IMG/VR virus record: IMGVR_UViG_3300017650_000001
Span: 1 to 64,000 of that record
Source of the DNA: a virus
Reading direction: 5' to 3' (one strand)
Length of the DNA: 64,000 nt
Position 1 is the first letter of the stretch; every line of letters begins with the position of its first letter. A program made the position numbers and the translations under genes. Of the stretch, positions 39,793 through 48,767 are shown one piece after another. Below the pieces are notes generated by a model. That model saw nothing but the letters and a program-made list of their open reading frames with translations. It searched no databases and was not told the DNA's origin.

Positions 39793-40747
39793 TCCGCGGT
39801 GAAACACGTCCACGAGATTTCTCCTTCACAACCCCATATTTTGGTTCTTTTGGCAAGAAATCGTTTTCGATCTCCCACCAGCGTCGCTTTACTTCTGCTC
39901 GAAGCTCCTCAAGTGGTGTACCTTTTTCGGGAGGCTTTTTATTCACCTCTTTGAGAAACTCAAAGCAAGCGTCGTAATCATCAATACCATACCCAAATAG
40001 TATCTTGAACTCTGCTGAGCGATAGGGCAGTCCTACCTTGTTTTTATCTAGTTGAGCCTTCACCCAAGTACCGGTCGTTCGCTCAACACCTTTGATAGAT
40101 CGTTTGACCTTCTCGATTTGTGCTAACCATACGATCTGACTTGAATAGAAATCGAGAGCTTTGCCGCCCGAACGCTGATGCTTCTTAGCAAACATCGCAG
40201 CACCGATGTTGTCTCGAATCTGCGATATCACGAACAGAGTAATATCTTTTTCTGCAAGCCCGCGTACTTGGCGACGGAAAAGCTCTGATAGCTTCTTGGC
40301 CTTAGCAGCGCCATAAGTGCCGTCATCTATATCGCGCTTCATCTCCGCTCTATCGCTGAGAGAATCTAAAGAGTCAACAACATAGAATTCAGGACCACGC
40401 GCTCCTTTGATGACACGCTCAAGATCTTCAAATAGATCCTCAATTGTGTCTACAGGATCACCAAAATCAACTTTTTCAACAGGGAATCCCAATGCAGCCG
40501 CGTAGTCATTATCAAAAGCAGATTCAGCTTCTCGATAACGTATCTTTGCCTTGGGCAGAATCATATTGAAGTTGGCACAAGCTTCAATAGCCAGAAGCGT
40601 TTTGCCAACAGCTTTATCGGCAACGACATTTGCGATACGAGATCGTGCCCACCCACCTCCAAGTGCGAGGTCGAGTGTTGTGCATCCACTGGGAATGAAT
40701 TTCACATCTTTCTTTGGAGTACCAAAGTATAATCCGCCACCCGACAT
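39749..40747 (-). CDS. recA: RecA/UvsX-like recombinase
   Basis: SG...LDLALGGG, Walker A AVGKT, VVDS, SQIRDNIG, SGGKALDFYSS, KNK. Confidence 0.9.
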   Translation of the reverse strand: MSGGGLYFGTPKKDVKFIPSGCTTLDLALGGGWARSRIANVVADKAVGKTLLAIEACANFNMILPKAKIRYREAESAFDNDYAAALGFPVEKVDFGDPVDTIEDLFEDLERVIKGARGPEFYVVDSLDSLSDRAEMKRDIDDGTYGAAKAKKLSELFRRQVRGLAEKDITLFVISQIRDNIGAAMFAKKHQRSGGKALDFYSSQIVWLAQIEKVKRSIKGVERTTGTWVKAQLDKNKVGLPYRSAEFKILFGYGIDDYDACFEFLKEVNKKPPEKGTPLEELRAEVKRRWWEIENDFLPKEPKYGVVKEKSRGRVSPRNESQDNQEGNSAED

Positions 40748-40914
40748 TTACTTCGCTTGACCTTCATTGTGAGCAAGCCAAATGGTTCCAAATAACAAAA
40801 CAGGAACGATAAGGATGTGGAGGACGAGGCTTGCAAAACTTGGCTGCGACATAAATCCCGTCGCTCCCCATGTTACAAGCGCACCATAAGTCGATAGATT
40901 CTTATGACTGATCA

Positions 40915-41610
40915 TCATGACAGTTTCATCACTTTGAGGAAATCGCGCCGCCACAGGAATCCAAGCAGTAGAACAGACAGAGCACCCGCAGCGGCTGCGG
41001 TATAGAGGTGCCCATCTCCGATCACAGATAAAACAACAGCATCCGTTGAAATTGTCTCTCCCGCGATCCAGCCTAGCAAACCAGCACCCAGCCAGATCAA
41101 AATTGGAAGCCTATCCAAGACCTCTACAATAAAGGAAGCACCTGCGATAATCAAAGGAATACTAAGCGCAAGACCGATTCCCAGCAACAACAAGCTTCCA
41201 TTCGCAGCGGCCGCAACAGCAATGATGTTATCAAGGCTCATAGTCGCATCTGCGATCAGCACAGTGACAATAGCTGAAAAGAGTGTAGCTGCTTCCGATA
41301 CCTTTGAATCTTCTTCTTTAGGCGGAGCGAGCAGCTTAACTGCAATAATAAACAGGAGGAAACCACCGATAGCCTTAGCGTAAGGCCATTCCATCACTGT
41401 TGATGCGAATCCTGTTAGGACAACCCGCATCGCAACAGCAGCAACGGCGCCAAAGACCATACCCAAAGCACGCTGCCGATGTGGAAGATTGCGGCACACC
41501 ATAGCAATAACAAGAGCGTTATCGCCAGATAGAAAGATATCAATCCAAACAATTTTGCTGAATGCCAGCCAAAATAAAGGATGCGAAATCTCGTTGTACA
41601 AATATTCCAC
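40915..41610 (-). CDS. terC: TerC-family (YjbE-like) membrane protein
   Basis: IDIFLSGDNALVIAMVCRNLP; ADATMSLDNIIAVAAAA. Confidence 0.9.
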   Translation of the reverse strand: MEYLYNEISHPLFWLAFSKIVWIDIFLSGDNALVIAMVCRNLPHRQRALGMVFGAVAAVAMRVVLTGFASTVMEWPYAKAIGGFLLFIIAVKLLAPPKEEDSKVSEAATLFSAIVTVLIADATMSLDNIIAVAAAANGSLLLLGIGLALSIPLIIAGASFIVEVLDRLPILIWLGAGLLGWIAGETISTDAVVLSVIGDGHLYTAAAAGALSVLLLGFLWRRDFLKVMKLS

Positions 41611-41631
41611 GGAAACCCCCTATAAGAACAT

Positions 41632-41729
41632 CAGGAGGAGTAGGTCTGTTTGCTTCTCTAGCTGACTAGGCCAGGATATCCGTATAGTCTTATACGGCCA
41701 AAGCTACCACAGGTTGCTTACTCCTCCTG
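41632..41729 (-). ncRNA. Structured terC leader (yybP-ykoY-like position)
   Basis: 11-bp closing helix 41719-41729/41632-41642; UAGCU/AGCUA helix; CCGUAUA/UAUACGG hairpin at 41680-41697. Confidence 0.55.
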
Positions 41730-41736
41730 TAACCGA

Positions 41737-42192
41737 TTAGAACTCGAACTTGGACGGGTCGACGCCGAGACGGTCAGCGATCTTCTTCAGGACTGCTTCT
41801 TCCTCCGGAGCGACGGAACCATCTGCCGAAGCGATGTCCGCAGCGACGAGGTAGACATCTTCCGACATCGCCTTGCCGTTCTCCAACCCGCGTACCTTGT
41901 CAATGTAGCGAGCCAATTCCTGGCGCCCAGACTTGTCCTTCGACAGCTTCAGCATCCGGTCCGTGGTTTCTTCGATCTTGTCGCCGCTATACAGCTTCGA
42001 AAGTGTCGAGTGATTGCGGATTAGCGAAATTGCCTTGGTACGCTCGCTGTCCTCGATCACACCATCCGCGTTAGCCACAAGAGCAGATGACGAACAGACC
42101 GCATTCAAGAAATCATCTGTCTTGCCGTATTCCGACGACACTTCCTTGACGCCGGACGCAATAGCCTTCTTCAAGGCTCCGAAAATGCTCAT
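41737..42192 (-). CDS. terB: TerB-family protein
   Basis: ALVANADGVIEDSE; DIASADGSVAPEEEAVLKKIADRLGV. Confidence 0.85.
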   Translation of the reverse strand: MSIFGALKKAIASGVKEVSSEYGKTDDFLNAVCSSSALVANADGVIEDSERTKAISLIRNHSTLSKLYSGDKIEETTDRMLKLSKDKSGRQELARYIDKVRGLENGKAMSEDVYLVAADIASADGSVAPEEEAVLKKIADRLGVDPSKFEF

Positions 42193-42221
42193 ATAGTATC
42201 TCCCAAAATGAGCTATAGATT

Positions 42222-42266
42222 GGCGCTGATGAAACGGTTTGGGCCGCGCCGAAAACCCAAACCGTT
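42222..42266 (-). ncRNA. H-type pseudoknot upstream of terB
   Basis: 11-bp stem 42233-42243/42256-42266; loop GGCGC complementary to downstream GCGCC (42222-42226). Confidence 0.5.
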
Positions 42267-42273
42267 CGCAAAC

Positions 42274-43392
42274 TTAGCGAGTCCGTCCACGACGCGTAGG
42301 ACGCTCCTCAACTTCCTCTTCCTCAGGATCTTCTTCGACCACACGACGACCAGCAGACCGACGCGGCGGCGGAGTCTCTTCAGCTTCCTCGTCGACTTCC
42401 TCGTCAACCGGGGCAGGACGACGCGAAGTCGAGCGCCGTGGAGCAGGGGTTTCCTCCTCCTCTTCCTCTACAGGAGCGGCGCGGCGACCACGTCCACGAG
42501 GTGCTTCTTCCTCTTCCGGATCAGCATCTGCGGGGTCGTTATCCCGACGTGGTCCACGACGCGCAGGACGCTCGTCTGCGTCAAACGGAGGATCTTCTTC
42601 CTCCTCTGCACCGCGACGCGAACTTGAACGACGCGGACGATCTTCATCATCGTCATCGTTCTTGATATCCTTGTCGCCCTTCTCAATCGTACCTGAAAGC
42701 ACACCCTTCAGATAATCATAATCGTAGAAGTTGAGAGTGTCTGGGATGGGATTTTCACGGACGTAATCAAGGATCTCGTCCTGAACCTTCTCATTCTCGT
42801 GCAATGGCGTGTCGTTGCGATCGATCTGCCAGCCGTAATACTTGGTCTTGAGCCCAGTTCCTTGGCGCTTGAACGACACATCAAATCCCTTGTCCGGATG
42901 ATCGATCATCAAGACTTCACCCGTGCGCTCATTCACGCAAAGAGCAGAGACATCGCGATCTTGCGTCCAAGACTGATTCCAAAGAACCGGCTTGTCAGGA
43001 TCGTCACCCTCACGGTCGAGGATCCAAGAAACAATGCGCTCACTCGTTCCAAGCGCTTTCGCTTCTTCAGCCTCGCCCGCATCCTTCGCGTCTTTTGCAG
43101 CGTCGCAAATGGCGCAAGGCTTGCCCAACATCTTACGCGGGCACAAGTAGGTCGAATTGTCGGGACCGATATTGTTGTGCACAAAAATCGTGTACCCGTA
43201 ATGATCACTATCATCCCAAGTCGGAGGGATGTATCGGGTTAAGTTGTCACCCGTACGAGCAGTGAAGGTATCATATCCCTGCTTGAAGATCGAGTCAAAG
43301 TTGCCAACCTTGCGATTAGCACGACCCTTGACCTGTTCTGCTGTCCGCGGCTTGTACACAAAGCCGCTCTTCTTTGTACTCTTTAGCGCCAT
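42274..43392 (-). CDS. Single-stranded DNA-binding protein (gp32-like) with long acidic/Arg tail
   Basis: H..CP...CAIC zinc site; D.DKG.DV...RQG.G..T.Y; EEEE/RR tail repeats. Confidence 0.75.
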   Translation of the reverse strand: MALKSTKKSGFVYKPRTAEQVKGRANRKVGNFDSIFKQGYDTFTARTGDNLTRYIPPTWDDSDHYGYTIFVHNNIGPDNSTYLCPRKMLGKPCAICDAAKDAKDAGEAEEAKALGTSERIVSWILDREGDDPDKPVLWNQSWTQDRDVSALCVNERTGEVLMIDHPDKGFDVSFKRQGTGLKTKYYGWQIDRNDTPLHENEKVQDEILDYVRENPIPDTLNFYDYDYLKGVLSGTIEKGDKDIKNDDDDEDRPRRSSSRRGAEEEEDPPFDADERPARRGPRRDNDPADADPEEEEAPRGRGRRAAPVEEEEEETPAPRRSTSRRPAPVDEEVDEEAEETPPPRRSAGRRVVEEDPEEEEVEERPTRRGRTR

Positions 43393-43565
43393 ATACGCCT
43401 ATCCTCCTAGAGTGCTTCTGCGAGTGCCATCAAATTCTCTGAAGAACTTGACTTGGTACTCAATTTTGGATCGAAAGAATGCTTTGCTGCATAGGCGCGA
43501 CAAAACATACAAATACGCGGGAAATCCCGCAATTGCCCAAAAGAGCAAAAATAAAGTTTCGGAAC

Positions 43566-44054
43566 TCATGGACGGACTCTCCTTGAAGCATTCACAGACT
43601 TCGCAGTATCTGCCCGCATTGTTTTGATGTCAGCATGACCGGTCCGAACTTCGGTCTTGTCGCTGTAGTAGTTTGCGAGATAGAGATCAACCAGCTTAGA
43701 CAATGCATAGGAACGCTGATCAAAAGCTTCTTTCAACACAGACCACTGTGATGCATCAAGCTTTCTATTCAGGTAGTCTTGATTTGCTGCTTTGACTCGA
43801 TTATCGACTTTCTTTTGGCTCTCAACTTCCTTTTCTGTGATCTTGTCACCATTTTGAGAAGCTGTACCTCGAATTTCAGCATCTACAAACGCCTCAACCT
43901 CTTCAAGGGTTTGCTTGGCCGCATCACGATCAGAAATCGCAAACGCGAGTTCCATACCGACATCAAAAACAAAATCAGGATGGTCGCGTAAAGCAAATTC
44001 CAAGCCGTGCTCGTCAATGGCTAGTTTCTTTTTGAATTCTAGTAATTTACTCAT
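43566..44054 (-). CDS. UvsY-like recombination mediator
   Basis: Helical protein with KITEKEVE and AFDQRSYAL; next to SSB and near RecA. Confidence 0.65.
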   Translation of the reverse strand: MSKLLEFKKKLAIDEHGLEFALRDHPDFVFDVGMELAFAISDRDAAKQTLEEVEAFVDAEIRGTASQNGDKITEKEVESQKKVDNRVKAANQDYLNRKLDASQWSVLKEAFDQRSYALSKLVDLYLANYYSDKTEVRTGHADIKTMRADTAKSVNASRRVRP

Positions 44055-44072
44055 GCAACTACATACGCAACG

Positions 44073-45011
44073 CTATTCCGAAAATAGCGCCCTTCCTATT
44101 GATAGGAGTAGAGGCGCTTGTCCTTCGGTTCCTGTGTAGGACTGCATGAACGCATCCAGTTTCTGCATGAAGCCAACAGCCGTTTTATCATCTTTTGAAT
44201 TCCTCAAGCATGAAGCTAGATAGTTAGCAACGAGGATACGAACGCCCTCAGGGTTTTCACCCTCAAGCTTTTTCAAAATGGTCATAGCCTTAGACCATGA
44301 TCCATTCCCTTGCGCGATAAACTGACACAATTCAAGTGTTGCATCACTTTCAACTGCTGTTTTTAACAATTCAGCAGCTTCTTTCTTATTGCGAGCTGTC
44401 CGCGCTACAACAAGATTAGATAAGAGTTGTCTTGGAGACCCTTTTGCTTCACGAATTAGAAGGTCAAAGACCTCTTGATCAATATCGATTTTCTCGTCAG
44501 CACAAACGTCATCCAGCAACAAAGCAAGATCCTTATCGGACACAGGCTTGAGTTCAAACTTAGCACATCGCGACTTAATTGTCGTCGGAATCTTCGCTGG
44601 ATTGGTTGTGCAGAAACACCAAACAACATGCTTTGGAGGTTCTTCAAGCGTCTTCAGCAAACTATCCAAAGCTTGCTTGGATAGTGAATGTGCCTCGTCC
44701 AGGATGATGGCTCGCATCCCAGAAGCACCAAAGGGACGATATCGGAGAATTTCTTGAATGTTACGCATGGAATCGATGCCGGTAAAGGTCGCAGCATCGA
44801 TTTCAACAATTGCGCTTTGTGTGTCTTCACAGCCGTACGACTTAGCTACAATTCGTGCTAAGGTAGTCTTTCCCGTCCCTGCCGGACCGGTGAAAAGGAA
44901 GATCTGACTGTCTTTCTTTTTGCAGACTGCTTGAAGCGATCGAACGACCGCAGACTGCCCAACAACATCAGCAAAGTTCTGCGGTCGGTACTTTGTTATG
45001 AGATTTGTCAA
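44073..45011 (-). CDS. dnaX: Clamp loader, DnaX (gamma/tau)-like
   Basis: KYRPQNFADVVGQ, GPAGTGKTT, DEAH, LLKTLEEPP, SRC, GSPR. Confidence 0.9.
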   Translation of the reverse strand: MTNLITKYRPQNFADVVGQSAVVRSLQAVCKKKDSQIFLFTGPAGTGKTTLARIVAKSYGCEDTQSAIVEIDAATFTGIDSMRNIQEILRYRPFGASGMRAIILDEAHSLSKQALDSLLKTLEEPPKHVVWCFCTTNPAKIPTTIKSRCAKFELKPVSDKDLALLLDDVCADEKIDIDQEVFDLLIREAKGSPRQLLSNLVVARTARNKKEAAELLKTAVESDATLELCQFIAQGNGSWSKAMTILKKLEGENPEGVRILVANYLASCLRNSKDDKTAVGFMQKLDAFMQSYTGTEGQAPLLLSIGRALFSE

Positions 45012-45337
45012 ATGTTTTTCTCGATATAGTCAGCGATTTCTTTGAATGACTTCTTTTCAGTGTCATTCATTTCCATGAGCAAATCCGTTTCTTCTTCACC
45101 CAATCCAACCTCATCCAAAATATCTGGTCCTAAAGTCCCTGTATTCGTCAGATTACCAGATGGAAACTCCGCGCACCCTGAATACAGTGAAAACTTCGCA
45201 CCCGAAACTCGACAAAGAACACCAAGACAACAATATCGTGCACGTGATCCTGATCGATCAATCAACGATTCTCGAGCTTGTCGATAGTTACCACTACGCA
45301 AAGCAGCTACCCAACGCTTCTTCAGCTTCTTATCCAT
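45008..45337 (-). CDS. Hypothetical protein, ALRSG/CCLGV family copy 3
   Basis: WVAALRSGNYRQ, YCCLGVL, ND..SFKEIADYIE. Confidence 0.7.
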   Translation of the reverse strand: MDKKLKKRWVAALRSGNYRQARESLIDRSGSRARYCCLGVLCRVSGAKFSLYSGCAEFPSGNLTNTGTLGPDILDEVGLGEEETDLLMEMNDTEKKSFKEIADYIEKNI

Positions 45338-45349
45338 GACAACAACCCC

Positions 45350-45688
45350 TTAAAGATTCTTTTCGACCCAGTCTGCGATTTCCTTGAAAGAGTTTCCGTA
45401 ATTATCGTTCATTCCCATAAGCTTATCAGCAACAACATGTGAAAGACCAAGCTCATCAAGGACGGGAATGCTCAAAGTACAAACATTAGTTATGTTTCCT
45501 GAAGGGAAAACAGCGCGACCCGTTATATCAAACTGAGCACCAGCTACTCGACAGAGTACACCCAAGCAACAGTAGGTTGACCGTTTGCCAGCCTTTCGGT
45601 TACCTTTTCTATTTAGAACTTTCCTTGTTTGACGATAGCCACGACCACGAAGTGCTTTTACCCAAGCACGTTTCAGATCACCTTTCAT
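45350..45688 (-). CDS. Hypothetical protein, ALRSG/CCLGV family copy 4
   Basis: WVKALRG..YRQ, YCCLGVL, ND..SFKEIADWVE. Confidence 0.7.
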   Translation of the reverse strand: MKGDLKRAWVKALRGRGYRQTRKVLNRKGNRKAGKRSTYCCLGVLCRVAGAQFDITGRAVFPSGNITNVCTLSIPVLDELGLSHVVADKLMGMNDNYGNSFKEIADWVEKNL

Positions 45689-45726
45689 TGTAAACCCCTA
45701 ATAGAAATAGATGTGGAAACATACGC

Positions 45727-46218
45727 TCAACTAAAATCGCGCACATACCGTGTAGCAACTTCAGGTATTGCTAAGTTATCTACGCGAATGTCGTATTCTT
45801 TCGCGATACGCAGAGCTTGTCCCGTCCCACCTCCCATCAATCCTGCTTTGGTCCAACAGATAATCAACATAGTAGGAGTCTTGAGATCGTGTCCCAAAAC
45901 TTGGTGGCAATTGCGCGCATGGAAAGCGCGGGCTGTTTCATTACAATTATGCCATGCAGGATGAAATTGTGCAGCCATCTTGAAAGCAGCTTCGGTCGGA
46001 AGCAGTTTTGACTTGGAACCATTAAATCCCAGCCAGGGGAGATAAATCTCCTTCTGGTCACCAGCTCCTTTTTCAAAGGCGGTATCAGCGCCCTTAGCTC
46101 CTCCAGAACGCAAAGTATAACCAGAAATAGCCATCTTCTTAGCCGTTCTGGTCATAAGGCGCATGACTGCTTCAGGAGTTTCTCGACTACCTATTCCTGT
46201 ATAAATGAAGTCAACCAT
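45727..46218 (-). CDS. SLOG/DprA-like Rossmann-fold protein
   Basis: YTGIGSRETP, LRSGGAKGADTAFE, ARN, GGTGQA. Confidence 0.75.
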   Translation of the reverse strand: MVDFIYTGIGSRETPEAVMRLMTRTAKKMAISGYTLRSGGAKGADTAFEKGAGDQKEIYLPWLGFNGSKSKLLPTEAAFKMAAQFHPAWHNCNETARAFHARNCHQVLGHDLKTPTMLIICWTKAGLMGGGTGQALRIAKEYDIRVDNLAIPEVATRYVRDFS

Positions 46219-48767
46219 TACACACCCTTAATTTCAACAATTCCATTCCATTTATCGTTCGCAAACTTACCGACTTCCTCCATATGGATCCAATCTTCAC
46301 CAACACTCATTTCAACTTCAATTGGGACAATGTTGGCCCATTCAAAAGGAACAGTAATCATGTTGTGGACAACAATCTCTGCTCGCTTTTCAATTTCATC
46401 CTTTGGCCAGCAGAAAGTCAAATCGTCGTGGACCATCAGCATAGGTTGGTAACGCGGATCCTCCCGCTCAGACAGTCGCGCCATAGCATCCATGACAATT
46501 ATGCTCTCATCGCTCTGGATTGGCGTGTTGATGCGTTCATTTGGCGAGACTGGGGCATAGCGCCGGAAACCTGACAACCCTGTGACATAGCCATTTTTGA
46601 AATAGAACTTCTCAAGCGCTTTATGCCACTTGGCAATATCATGGAATTGATCGAAGAATTCTTCTTGAATACCCTCAATCACATTCTTTGGGATACTCAA
46701 ACTTTCAGATATTGAGAAGGCTTGTGCTCCAAAGAACGATGGGAATACAAATTTGTTTTTTGCAAGGTGTCGGAAAGACTTCAAAGCAGCTTTGTCTTGT
46801 AACGCTGACTTAGGTATCCATCGTGGGTAATGTTTGTTGATTGTCTCCATCCACGTCGTGTGGATATCATAATTGTGCCAATAAGCATCGACCAAAGCTT
46901 GATCTTTTGATTCCATGGCCACATTTCGAGCTTGAATACCCGAGTAGTCAAAAGATACAATTCGCATGTTTGCATCGGGATGCTTAACTTGCGCGCGAAC
47001 TTCTTTCTGTTCCTCGTGGCGTTTAGGCCAATTCTGAATATTGGGGTCACTTGATCCCGTCCGCCATGAAATTGTAACAGTCGATGAAATGATCGGATGC
47101 ATCATTCCATCTGGGAAAACAACATTATCCTCTTCTTCCTCGTCAACAGGAAGAATATAGGTGCTCAAAACCTTGTTAACTTCACGCCATCGCACAATCT
47201 TCTTGGCAATAGGATGATCGACATGGTCAAGATCACCTTTAGTTGATTTTTCAATGTTCTGTTTGAGAACATCGCGCATCAAGAAGTTGACATCAGGTAC
47301 GGATGATGGATTGAACGCTCGTCCTTTTAATTCTTCAAACTTCCGGACAGCATCTTCTTCGTTAATTTCCGCAGCGATTTTTGCAGCTCGCTTTTTATAC
47401 TTCTTCTTAAAGTCCTGTACAACATCTTGCGAGACAGGAACACCCTCCAACTGACCGAGTACAAGTGATGGAAGTCGTCGTAATTGTTGCCTGTAAACAC
47501 TAACTAACTTTCGATCTTTGATCAAAGGAACTTGCGCGAGGTACAGATTGCGATGGTACCGCGCGTCAATCGCATTGTATTTCAAAACTTGAGGAAGTGG
47601 GGACTTCTCAAGATTCTTGCGGTCGAGACCTGAAATAGCTTTCAGATTGAGTCCAAAATGGAGTAAGCAGAGGAAGTCCAAAGATAGACCACCGCGGCGA
47701 GCATCAAGAACGTAAGCTTGAGACTCACTATCTTCCCAACGTCCTGCATAGAAACAGCCGCGTCCATAGAAATAGCCAAACCACTCCAGCTCAAATGGTA
47801 AGTGATGGACGATTTTCCTGCACTTCGATTCATATAAGAAGCGTTTGATCAAAACATCAAGCTGCTTTCGCTCTAAAACAGTCCAAGTCGCTTGTGGATG
47901 ATCTACTGGAAAAGCAAACGTCATCGACTTTGACGATACTGCAATACTTAGAATCTTGGCTTTTTTCTGGAAAGGTCGAAGGCAATTTGTTTCGATATCA
48001 ACGCCTGCTGACGGCTCGTTTGCTGCAATATCCAACAATTCAGCAATACGACCGATATCTTCTACCAGTTCAATATCAGATGTTGCGTAGTCAACAGTGT
48101 GAATATCAGGTTCTGGAAGTTTTTCAACTTCTGAGAAGGCTCTTGCGACATCAAGCGCAAACGCAAACTCCTCTTCACTACCGTAAGAATTAGCATCACG
48201 CGGTTCAAACTTCCGCAGACATTGAATGTACGAAGGATGATGCATTGGGTAGTACCAACAATCGTGGTTCCCAATGCGGACAGGCAAGCGACGCCCACGC
48301 CAAAGACCAATGCTTCGATACTTTGAATCAGGATTTACAATCTGATACAAAGGAATTGAACCGAACCCAAAAATGGCTCGAGGCTTGTGCTGCTCAACAT
48401 CACGCACAAGTCTCGGATAGCAACATGTGAATTCGACAACTTCTGGGGTTCGATTATCAGGAGGTCGGCAGTTTACCGCATTCGTCCAACGAATATCACG
48501 ATCATCCCAGTCTTCCGGGATCCGCATCCGCAACACGCGGCCCGCTTTACCTACAAACTGGCGACCTTTTTCATCCTCGTTACGTCCGGGAGCTTCTCCA
48601 ACGATAAGAACTGTGGGACTCTTGCTTCCCGTAGGTTCCATCTTTGGAGACAAATTTTGGACTTGGTTCAGCGGGCAGACTGAACACTCATGACGCTTCA
48701 AGAAGTCTGGAGATAAGCCTTTGAGGTTTTTGTCAGCTTTCTTGCTTTCGGTGAAAAAGAATCCCAT
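46218..48767 (-). CDS. Family A DNA polymerase with N-terminal family-4 UDG-like domain
   Basis: C..CPL, GEAPG..E, FVG.AG, CRPPDNRTP, HPS; exonuclease DIET and YNAIDA; PNIQN; motifs A DYSGIQAR, B RHLAK..FPSFFG, C VHDD. Confidence 0.92.
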   Translation of the reverse strand: MGFFFTESKKADKNLKGLSPDFLKRHECSVCPLNQVQNLSPKMEPTGSKSPTVLIVGEAPGRNEDEKGRQFVGKAGRVLRMRIPEDWDDRDIRWTNAVNCRPPDNRTPEVVEFTCCYPRLVRDVEQHKPRAIFGFGSIPLYQIVNPDSKYRSIGLWRGRRLPVRIGNHDCWYYPMHHPSYIQCLRKFEPRDANSYGSEEEFAFALDVARAFSEVEKLPEPDIHTVDYATSDIELVEDIGRIAELLDIAANEPSAGVDIETNCLRPFQKKAKILSIAVSSKSMTFAFPVDHPQATWTVLERKQLDVLIKRFLYESKCRKIVHHLPFELEWFGYFYGRGCFYAGRWEDSESQAYVLDARRGGLSLDFLCLLHFGLNLKAISGLDRKNLEKSPLPQVLKYNAIDARYHRNLYLAQVPLIKDRKLVSVYRQQLRRLPSLVLGQLEGVPVSQDVVQDFKKKYKKRAAKIAAEINEEDAVRKFEELKGRAFNPSSVPDVNFLMRDVLKQNIEKSTKGDLDHVDHPIAKKIVRWREVNKVLSTYILPVDEEEEDNVVFPDGMMHPIISSTVTISWRTGSSDPNIQNWPKRHEEQKEVRAQVKHPDANMRIVSFDYSGIQARNVAMESKDQALVDAYWHNYDIHTTWMETINKHYPRWIPKSALQDKAALKSFRHLAKNKFVFPSFFGAQAFSISESLSIPKNVIEGIQEEFFDQFHDIAKWHKALEKFYFKNGYVTGLSGFRRYAPVSPNERINTPIQSDESIIVMDAMARLSEREDPRYQPMLMVHDDLTFCWPKDEIEKRAEIVVHNMITVPFEWANIVPIEVEMSVGEDWIHMEEVGKFANDKWNGIVEIKGV

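Noticed and set aside
42226-42275. Hammerhead-like CUGAUGA followed by a stem on the plus strand
   Set aside because: The stem is followed by CGCAAA rather than GAAA, stems I and III were not found, and it is antisense to the operon
42274-42680. Repetitive EEEE/RR low-complexity DNA as a tandem repeat element
   Set aside because: Explained by the disordered C-terminal tail of the SSB
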